Source of the DNA: Rickettsiales bacterium
GTDB taxonomy: Bacteria > Pseudomonadota > Alphaproteobacteria > Rickettsiales > UBA3002
Direction of reading: 5' to 3'
Length of the DNA stretch: 64,000 nt
NCBI GenBank assembly: GCA_022763105.1
Contig: JALEGK010000022.1
Location: 1,198-65,197, forward strand
The number at the start of each line of letters is the position of its first letter. Position 1 is the first letter of the stretch. Positions 56,909-64,000 of the stretch are shown one piece after another. The position numbers and the translations under genes are program-made. The notes under the pieces were generated by a model. The model was given only the letters and a program-made list of their open reading frames with translations, was not told the DNA's origin and did not search any database.

Positions 56909-58441
56909 GTGGTAGCCAGAATTACAACAGTCGCATTTACCGGTATTGAGGCGACAGGCGTGGATGTGCAAGTCCAGATCAGTAACGGGTTGCCGGCCTT
57001 TACCATCGTAGGGTTGCCCGATAAAGCGGTGGCAGAATCAAAGGAGCGCGTGCGTGCAGCGCTGACCTCGATGGGATTGCCGCTTCCGGCCAAAAAAATC
57101 ACGATTAATCTGGCCCCTGCCGATTTGGTGAAAGAAGGCAGCCATTTCGATTTGCCAATAGCGATTGGCGTGTTGGTAGCGATGGATGTACTGCCACAAT
57201 CCGAAATTTCTGAGTATTTAGCCGTGGGTGAATTATCGCTGGATGGGCAGTTACAAGCCGTATCCGGTGTGTTGCCTGCTGCGATGCATGCTTTGATAGA
57301 AGATAAGGGTATTATCTGCCCGCATGGTAACGGCTCGGAGGCCGCATGGGCAGGTGAGTTGCCGATATTGGCTGCGAAATCATTGCTGGGTCTGATTAAT
57401 CATTTCAAAGGCACGCAAGTGCTGTCTACGCCAGAACCGTTGATGGAGGCTAACCTTGCAGCATCGACTGATCTGCGCGATGTGAAAGGTCAGGAGATTG
57501 CGCGCCGTGCACTAGAAGTGGCGGCTGCGGGTGGTCATAATATGATGATGATTGGCCCGCCAGGTGCGGGTAAATCGATGTTGGCGTCGTGCTTGTCGGG
57601 CATTTTGCCCCCTATGCAGGCCGATGAAGTGCTGGAAGTGAGCGCCATTCATAGTGTGGCTGGGCAATTGCGCGATGGCCGTTTGAGCAATATCCGCCCG
57701 TATCGTGCCCCTCATCATTCTAGCTCTATGGCTGCAATGGTCGGCGGTGGGCGCCGTGCATTGCCCGGTGAGATTTCACTCGCGCATTGCGGCGTGCTGT
57801 TTTTAGACGAGCTACCCGAATTTCCGCGTGGCGTGCTGGAATCACTGAGGCAACCGCTTGAGAGCGGCACGGTGAGCGTGGCCAGAGCGCAGGCACATGT
57901 GAATTATCCGGCGAATGTGCAGCTCATTGCTGCCATGAACCCATGTCGATGTGGGTATTTGGGGGATGCCGCGCGTGCGTGCGGCAAAGCGCCTAAATGC
58001 GCGGTCGATTACCAGTCTAAACTGTCCGGACCATTGTTGGATCGAATCGATATTTTCGTCGATATGCCGGCTGTTGAGCCCATCGCCATGATCGATCAGC
58101 CTCATCATACCGACAGCAGTGAAGAAGTGGCTAAGCGAGTGGCAGCGGCGCGCGCCAAACAGAAAGAGCGGTTTGCAGCACAGTCCGCGATGGTTCGATG
58201 CAATGCGGATGCATCCTCTGAATGGTTGCAAGCGCATGCAATGCCACAAGGAGCGGCACGGCAATTGCTAGAAGAGTCTACACGTAAGCTACAGCTCTCT
58301 ATGCGAGGGCTGACAAGGGTTCTGCGCGTGGCGCGGACAGTCGCTGATCTGGATAATAGCGATCAAATTAATGAAGGACATTTGGCAGAAGCGCTGCAAT
58401 ATCGCCAAATGCCGCTAAGACAAGACTCACAAGCCGCGTGA
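56909..58441 (+). CDS. comM: YifB/ComM-family Mg-chelatase-like AAA+ ATPase
   Basis: GTG start giving MVARITTVAFTGIEA. Lon-like N-domain, Walker A GPPGAGKSM, VLFLDELPEF, and a C-terminal ChlI-like region. Confidence 0.9.
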   Translation: MVARITTVAFTGIEATGVDVQVQISNGLPAFTIVGLPDKAVAESKERVRAALTSMGLPLPAKKITINLAPADLVKEGSHFDLPIAIGVLVAMDVLPQSEISEYLAVGELSLDGQLQAVSGVLPAAMHALIEDKGIICPHGNGSEAAWAGELPILAAKSLLGLINHFKGTQVLSTPEPLMEANLAASTDLRDVKGQEIARRALEVAAAGGHNMMMIGPPGAGKSMLASCLSGILPPMQADEVLEVSAIHSVAGQLRDGRLSNIRPYRAPHHSSSMAAMVGGGRRALPGEISLAHCGVLFLDELPEFPRGVLESLRQPLESGTVSVARAQAHVNYPANVQLIAAMNPCRCGYLGDAARACGKAPKCAVDYQSKLSGPLLDRIDIFVDMPAVEPIAMIDQPHHTDSSEEVAKRVAAARAKQKERFAAQSAMVRCNADASSEWLQAHAMPQGAARQLLEESTRKLQLSMRGLTRVLRVARTVADLDNSDQINEGHLAEALQYRQMPLRQDSQAA

Positions 58442-58507
58442 AAAGGATTTGTGTTGTGGAAAAAATATACTATTACTAGTTAATTCAATAATAAGGTGGC
58501 TCTAGCA

Positions 58508-59305
58508 ATGTCAGATGCTCACATGGAAGAAAAGCAAGCGGTCAACCACGTCAATCAAGCATTTCGACGTGACATTATCTCTTTAGAAACAAAAATTACG
58601 CGCGCAATCCGCGGCTTAGACAGTGCCTGCGACGCTGTGCGCGGCTTAGAGAAAGATATTGAAGGCTTTCTTGGTGAGTATTATCAGCAAGTTGGCGGCT
58701 ATTTTGAACAGCTTGAAGCGATTGAGCGTGAGCTAAAAGAATATGAAGCCGATGAGCCAATGCCAATTGCTAAGCGCTTGTTTAAAGAGCAAGAAGTGCT
58801 ACCTAAGGGACAGAGCAAAGCGATTGAACGTGATGTGAAGTCTTTGTATCGCGATATGGCGAAGCAGTTCCATCCAGATAATCTGGCAGGTGGTGCGGCG
58901 GTTGAATCGATGAAAGAAGATGTGATTCGTACGCTGAATGATGCGTATTCACGCAAGAGCCTCGTTGATTTATGGAAAATCAAGCTAGAGGTAGAAGCCA
59001 AGCAGCAAGATGATGCTGAGCTGCCAATGGCTGAGCGTGTTGATGTGCTACAACAGCGCTTAGATCACCTAGAGCGCGCGAAACAAGAAGTTGATAAGCG
59101 CCGCAAGAAGCTAGAAGAAAGCCAAGCATATGCGTTATTCCAACGTGCTTTCCAGCTACGGCTGTGCGGCTGCGACTTCATCGAGCAGGTAGTGATTGAT
59201 GTACGCAATCAGATCGATCTGAAGAAGAAGTTGCTGGTATCACGCAAAGTGCGCCATTTATATATGGAAGCACAGACGATCCGACACGGTAACGCGTCAG
59301 CATAA
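58508..59305 (+). CDS. Coiled-coil protein with a central J-domain-like segment
   Basis: KSLYRDMAKQFHPDN (HPD motif) ... IRTLNDAYSRKS, flanked by heptad-rich E/K/Q regions. The ATG at 58508 lies about 10 nt after AAGGTGG. Confidence 0.6.
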   Translation: MSDAHMEEKQAVNHVNQAFRRDIISLETKITRAIRGLDSACDAVRGLEKDIEGFLGEYYQQVGGYFEQLEAIERELKEYEADEPMPIAKRLFKEQEVLPKGQSKAIERDVKSLYRDMAKQFHPDNLAGGAAVESMKEDVIRTLNDAYSRKSLVDLWKIKLEVEAKQQDDAELPMAERVDVLQQRLDHLERAKQEVDKRRKKLEESQAYALFQRAFQLRLCGCDFIEQVVIDVRNQIDLKKKLLVSRKVRHLYMEAQTIRHGNASA

Positions 59306-59323
59306 TTCCTTTAATCTAGAAAT

Positions 59324-60223
59324 TTAGGCGACGTCTTTGATGGCGAGCGGTTTGCTTTGTGCATCTTCAGCGAATTGCGTCATTTTCTCGATAGCACGTG
59401 CTTCGATCTGACGGATACGCTCGCGAGATACGCCAAATTCCTGACTTAAATCTTCGAGGGTGCGTGGCTCGTCAGATAGACGGCGAGCGAGTACAATCGC
59501 TTTCTCGCGGTCATTTAAAGACGCCATCGCGTCATTCATGATGTTGCGCTTAATGGTGTATTCTTCACGGTCGCCTAGGATTTCTTCGTGGGTTTCTGAT
59601 TCATCGGCTAGCAAATCCATCCATTCGCCGCCTTCACCATCGTTAGAGATGCGGGCATTGAGGAATTGGTCGTTAGCGTTTAAGCGCTGGTCCATATCAA
59701 CGACATCACGCTCATTCACCTCTAACTCACCAGCGATGTATTTAATCTGGTCAGGGGTTAGGGCTGGCTGATCGACAGCATCTAGCTGCTTGCGCAGTTT
59801 CTTTAAGTTAAAGAACAGACGCTTTTGAGCGGCGCTCGTACCCATCTTCACGATAGACCATGATTTCAGCACGAATTCTTGGATGGATGCTCTAATCCAC
59901 CACATCGCATAGGTTGATAGGCGGAAGCCTTTTTCGGGGTCGAATTTTTTCACCGCCTGCATGAGGCCAATATTACCTTCAGAGATCATATCGCTCATGG
60001 GCAGGCCGTAGCCACGGTAGCCAGAGGCGATCTTAGCGACGAGACGCAAATGGCTGGTAACCAGCTTATGAGCGGCTTCGTAATCGCCATCTTCGGTCCA
60101 ACGCTTGGCGAGCGCATATTCTTCATCCGCCTCTAAAATAGGGAATTTCTGAATATCCTGCAGATACTGATGAAGATTACCATCAGGTGATAATGCAGGT
60201 AGATTCATATTTGCGTTTGCCAT
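59324..60223 (-). CDS. rpoH: RNA polymerase heat-shock sigma factor sigma-32
   Basis: RpoH box AAQKRLFFNLKKLR. Region 2 (NIGLMQAVKKFDPEKGFRLSTYAMWWIRA) and region 4 (LEDLSQEFGVSRERIRQIE). Confidence 0.95.
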   Translation of the reverse strand: MANANMNLPALSPDGNLHQYLQDIQKFPILEADEEYALAKRWTEDGDYEAAHKLVTSHLRLVAKIASGYRGYGLPMSDMISEGNIGLMQAVKKFDPEKGFRLSTYAMWWIRASIQEFVLKSWSIVKMGTSAAQKRLFFNLKKLRKQLDAVDQPALTPDQIKYIAGELEVNERDVVDMDQRLNANDQFLNARISNDGEGGEWMDLLADESETHEEILGDREEYTIKRNIMNDAMASLNDREKAIVLARRLSDEPRTLEDLSQEFGVSRERIRQIEARAIEKMTQFAEDAQSKPLAIKDVA

Positions 60224-60328
60224 TATGTTGCCTCCTCAAGCCTTATCTATGTGGGTATACTCATTGTACGAGTCAAGAGGATCAATCATTCGCTTGCCAC
60301 ATAAATTTCCGAGTTTCATATAGGGTTT

Positions 60329-61324
60329 TTAGAGATTTTGCAAGGATTTTATAAGATTTTTCATGTCGTTAGGCGGCTCCGCACTATAGGATAAAGACTC
60401 GTTAGTAACCGGATGAATCAGCGTGATTTTGTGCGCATGCAATGCTTGGCGCTGAAAGGATTCAATCACGGTTTGGGTGGCGTCTGGAAGTGCCTTTATC
60501 TTACTTTTCAGTGATTTATTGCTGCCATAAAGTGCGTCACCCATTAAAGAATGGCCGATATGGGCCATATGCACGCGGATTTGATGGGTGCGGCCCGTTT
60601 CTAACTTACAGCTAACTAGCGTGGCGAGCGAGATAAGCTCTTGATTGATTGCGGGTTGGAAGCGTTTTACCGTCTCGTAATGGGTGCGTGCCTCTTTGCC
60701 ACCATGCTCGAGAACGGCCATTTTTTTGCGGTTGTGATGGCTGCGGGCGATGTTGCCCTCAATAGTACCTGCCTTCGCTTTGGGAATGCCCCAGCAGACT
60801 GCCAGATAAATACGGCTAAGGCTACGGTCTTTTAGCTGAGCGCTTAAATGCTGGTGGGATTGGTCATGTTTGGCGACGACCAGCAGGCCTGACGTGTCTT
60901 TATCGATACGATGGACAATACCTGGGCGGGCAACGCCGCCTATGCCCGATAGGCTATCAGGGCAATGTGCGAGCAGCCCATGCACGAGTGTTGGCTCATT
61001 GGATGAGTCGGATGGGTGGACAGTGAGTCCCGCCGGTTTATTGATGACGAGTAAATGCTCATCTTCAAAGATGATATCTAAATCCATCTTGATCGGCTCT
61101 AACGCAAGCTCCACCACCTCAGGAATGGTGACGGTAAAGCGGGTATTTGCCTGCACCTTCATGGAACTGGTGATTTTCGGGTAATCGGAGGAGGTAATAT
61201 GGCCTTCATCAATGAGTTGCTGGATGCGGCTGCGCGAAAATGCTGGTAATTCTTGCGCAAGCCATTTATCCAATCGGGTACCGGCCTGATCGGGGCTAAC
61301 GATATGGTGAGAAGGAGCATTCAT
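60329..61324 (-). CDS. rluD: 23S rRNA pseudouridine synthase, RluD family
   Basis: S4 domain (GTRLDKWLAQELPAFSRSRIQQLI), catalytic HRIDKDTSGLLVVAK, GRTHQIRVHM. The ATG at 61324 (MNAPSHH) aligns with E. coli RluD; the ORF stays open to 61417. Confidence 0.9.
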   Translation of the reverse strand: MNAPSHHIVSPDQAGTRLDKWLAQELPAFSRSRIQQLIDEGHITSSDYPKITSSMKVQANTRFTVTIPEVVELALEPIKMDLDIIFEDEHLLVINKPAGLTVHPSDSSNEPTLVHGLLAHCPDSLSGIGGVARPGIVHRIDKDTSGLLVVAKHDQSHQHLSAQLKDRSLSRIYLAVCWGIPKAKAGTIEGNIARSHHNRKKMAVLEHGGKEARTHYETVKRFQPAINQELISLATLVSCKLETGRTHQIRVHMAHIGHSLMGDALYGSNKSLKSKIKALPDATQTVIESFQRQALHAHKITLIHPVTNESLSYSAEPPNDMKNLIKSLQNL

Positions 61325-61670
61325 GGTACCGCCTAAAAAACCAGAGACGGGTGAAGATAGCAATCGGATGTTACGCATGGTGGTGATTGGCATGGGACTT
61401 GTGCTGATCGGCGGCACGATTCTGCTGTTTGTGGTCGCGTTTCAGAAGATGAATAATAAGAATATTGCGAAATCACATGCGAAGCTACCATATGGCTATC
61501 GCGAATGTGGCGATCATGAAGTGCCGCTGGCCGATGGCGAGCGTATTGAAGCGATTGAATTTGATGAGATGATCATGCGCGTGACCATCCGTATTCCGCG
61601 TGGTGGTAAAAAGGTGACCATGCTGCATGCCTGCACCGGCGAGCATGTGGGTAGCGTGACGATCAAATAA
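61323..61670 (+). CDS. Small membrane-anchored protein of unknown function
   Basis: 115 aa with one TM (MLRMVVIGMGLVLIGGTILLFVVAF). The start is uncertain; alternative ATGs at 61368 and 61377. Confidence 0.5.
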   Translation: MVPPKKPETGEDSNRMLRMVVIGMGLVLIGGTILLFVVAFQKMNNKNIAKSHAKLPYGYRECGDHEVPLADGERIEAIEFDEMIMRVTIRIPRGGKKVTMLHACTGEHVGSVTIK

Positions 61671-61671
61671 T

Positions 61672-62934
61672 TTAAGCGGCGAGCTTTTCTTCTATTGCTT
61701 CAGCAGAGGCCAGCTTGCTGGTTTTACCCAAACCTGCAACCGTCACTTTCGGGTTGGTGAAGATATCACGCGCGAGTGCTTTAATATCGTCTACCTGCAC
61801 GTTTTCTACCATTTGGCGCATGGCATCGGCATTGCGGTATTCATTGAAGCTCAGCAGATGACGCCCAATCCATTCAGCCACGGATGCACTGCTTTCGCGT
61901 GCCATCAGTAAATTAGCAATGTGCTGGTTTTTCGCGCGTTGCAGCTCTTCTTCGCTTAAAGACTCGCTTATGCCGTGCAATTGTTCGCAGATGACTGGAA
62001 TCATCTCTTCGACATCCTCTTCGCCAGTGGCCGCGTAAATCGCAAAGAGGCCGGTATCTTGATAGCAGCTTACAAAGCTTTGGATGGTATAGACCAAACC
62101 GCGCTTCTCGCGCACCTCTTGGAATAGGCGCGAAGACATGCCGCCGCCCAGCGCGATCGATAGTAATTGCAGCGGGTAGTAGCGCGCATCGTGGATGGGG
62201 AAGGATTCGACACCCAGTAGGCATTGGACCTGCTCTAATGGCTTTTTGATGATGGCAGAGCCGCCGACATAACGCGCCTCATCCATGATCGGTTTTGTAG
62301 GCTGATTAAATGCATCAAGATGCTCTTTAACCAGTGCAACGATCTGGTCATGTTGCAGATTGCCTGCAGCAGAAAAGACGATGGATTCAGGCTGGTAGTG
62401 ATGTGCCACATAGTCACGCAGCGCATCGGACTGATGGCTGGTAATGCTATCGGCCGTGCCCAGAATAGAGCGGCCTAAGATTTGATCGTGGAATGCAGTT
62501 TCTTGGAAATAATCGAATACCAGATCGTCTGGCGTGTCGTTATGCATAGCGAGTTCTTGCAAAATGACATGCTTTTCTTTTTCCAACTCTTGGGCATCGA
62601 ACACGGAATGCTGCAATATATCGCACAGCACATCGATGCTGAGTGCCGCATTTTCTTTGAGCGTTTTAGAGTAATACACCGTCATTTCATGTGAGGTGTA
62701 AGCATTGAGTTGGCCGCCGACTGCATCAAACGCTTCGGCGATATCTTGCGCGCTGCGCTTTTTCGTGCCCTTGAATGCCATATGTTCCAGCAAATGCGAG
62801 ATACCATGCTGATCGGTGCGTTCATTGCGTGCACCGACATTCACCGACATGGCAACCGATACGGTTTCTACGCCGGGAAGATATTCGGTAGCAATACGCA
62901 GCCCGTTATTAAGCGTGGTGAGTTGGTAGCTCAT
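61672..62934 (-). CDS. M16-family (pitrilysin-like) zinc peptidase
   Basis: Inverted zinc motif GISHLLEHMAFKG (HxxEH) and the downstream ELEKEKHVILQE. Confidence 0.9.
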   Translation of the reverse strand: MSYQLTTLNNGLRIATEYLPGVETVSVAMSVNVGARNERTDQHGISHLLEHMAFKGTKKRSAQDIAEAFDAVGGQLNAYTSHEMTVYYSKTLKENAALSIDVLCDILQHSVFDAQELEKEKHVILQELAMHNDTPDDLVFDYFQETAFHDQILGRSILGTADSITSHQSDALRDYVAHHYQPESIVFSAAGNLQHDQIVALVKEHLDAFNQPTKPIMDEARYVGGSAIIKKPLEQVQCLLGVESFPIHDARYYPLQLLSIALGGGMSSRLFQEVREKRGLVYTIQSFVSCYQDTGLFAIYAATGEEDVEEMIPVICEQLHGISESLSEEELQRAKNQHIANLLMARESSASVAEWIGRHLLSFNEYRNADAMRQMVENVQVDDIKALARDIFTNPKVTVAGLGKTSKLASAEAIEEKLAA

Positions 62935-64000
62935 TGCTTGTGATTCACAATGAATTGTTTGACCTGCTCAATATCGTTTGGCACCACGTCAAAGCGCTCT
63001 TTCAGCTCAAACAGATCCGATAGATGATCGGGCAATTCTGGGTGAACATTACTGGCTGAGGTAACCGCATCCGGGAATTTGGCCGGATGGGCGGTTGCGA
63101 GCGAGACCACTGGTTGTGAGTCATCTTTATGGCATGCACGCGCGGCTTTCACACCGATGGCGGTGTGTGGATCAAGCAACTCACCGGTTTGGGTGTAGAC
63201 GTCTTTGATTGTCTGCTTGGTCGTCTCATCGTCAACTGCCAAGCTATCGTAAATAGCGCGCAGACGGTCAAGCGCATCTGGCTTAATGGCTAGCGTTTTC
63301 TCGGTGCGGAAGCGTTGCATCATATCGGCAATGCTATCGGCATCGCGATCATAAAGCAGGTACAGCATGCGTTCGAAGTTGCTTGAGATTTGAATGTCCA
63401 TACTAGGGCTGATGGTCGGGGTAACGCCTTGCATGGTGTATTCGCCGTTAAGCACGCAGCGCGCAAGAATGTCATTGCGGTTGGTGGCAATGATTAGCTT
63501 GCCCATTGGCAAACCCATTTGCTTGGCAATGTAGCCTGCAAAAATATCGCCGAAATTACCGGTTGGAACAGAGAAACTTGGTGCTACTGCAGGCGCTCCT
63601 AAGCGAAGTGCTGCATAGAAGTAATAGACGACTTGCGCGAGAATACGCGCCCAGTTGATGGAGTTTACCGCTACCAGATGATGGGTTTCGCGGAATTTGG
63701 CATCGGCAAAGAGGGATTTGACGATGTCTTGGCAATCATCAAACGTGCCATCGAGCGCGATGTTATGGATGTTGGCATCGGTCATGGTCGTCATTTGGCG
63801 ACGCTGCACTTCCGAGACGCGATTATTGGGGAACAGAATAAAGCTCTGCATACGATCACGACCACGGCAGCCTGCAAGCGCCGCTGACCCGGTATCGCCA
63901 GAGGTTGCACCCAGTACCACCACATGCTTATCACGGCGGGTGAGGAAGTGATCGACCAATCGGCCAAGGAATTGGAGTGCGAAATCTTTGAAGGCCAGCG
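62931..64000 (-). CDS. thrC: Threonine synthase; 5' end (N-terminus) lies beyond the window
   Basis: The frame stays open past the TTG at 63959 to the window edge (..FKDFALQFLGRLVDHFL..). LGATSGDTGSAA, VPTGNFGDIFAGY. There is a 4-nt overlap with the peptidase gene. Confidence 0.9.
   Translation of the reverse strand, partial: LAFKDFALQFLGRLVDHFLTRRDKHVVVLGATSGDTGSAALAGCRGRDRMQSFILFPNNRVSEVQRRQMTTMTDANIHNIALDGTFDDCQDIVKSLFADAKFRETHHLVAVNSINWARILAQVVYYFYAALRLGAPAVAPSFSVPTGNFGDIFAGYIAKQMGLPMGKLIIATNRNDILARCVLNGEYTMQGVTPTISPSMDIQISSNFERMLYLLYDRDADSIADMMQRFRTEKTLAIKPDALDRLRAIYDSLAVDDETTKQTIKDVYTQTGELLDPHTAIGVKAARACHKDDSQPVVSLATAHPAKFPDAVTSASNVHPELPDHLSDLFELKERFDVVPNDIEQVKQFIVNHKQ

Overview
This is a densely packed chromosomal segment with alphaproteobacterial hallmarks: a cpaB-tadC pilus operon, UPF0262 and DUF2336-type genes, rpoH, hpnCD, a murA-hisG-hisD-UPF0262-infA-maf block, and TTAA-N7-TTAA boxes. 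I can support about 60 protein genes and two tRNAs (Arg-CCG, Thr-UGU). I saw no rRNA, CRISPR array, transposase, integrase or prophage genes. Most of the window is housekeeping: phaZ, a TAXI-TRAP transporter, uvrB, guaA, yfgM-like/bamB/der, sodB, manC, nadK, his genes, murA, dcd, ubiA, rsmE, gshA, comM/yifB, rpoH, rluD, an M16 peptidase and thrC. Intergenic spacers are very short, and several convergent genes abut or overlap. The best candidate for an undescribed system is the + strand module at about 27.86-32.0 kb. It encodes a secreted vWA protein, a secreted protein with a 16-cysteine domain and a C-terminal Hint (bacterial intein-like) domain, and a TadG-like vWA protein. A CtrA-type box lies upstream and a strong terminator downstream. 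The module sits 14 kb from a tad core operon that has no pilin, prepilin peptidase or pseudopilin genes next to it. Other items worth a second look:
- a translationally coupled pair of polytopic membrane proteins with degenerate spermidine-synthase-like domains
- an orphan classical prepilin-type protein
- a methyltransferase with a histone-H1-like Lys/Ala/Pro tail, in a manC/GT4 cluster next to an orphan RTX protein
- tandem DUF2336 paralogs
- a Bor/Iss-like lipoprotein
All functional calls rest on motif recognition by eye. No database search was run.
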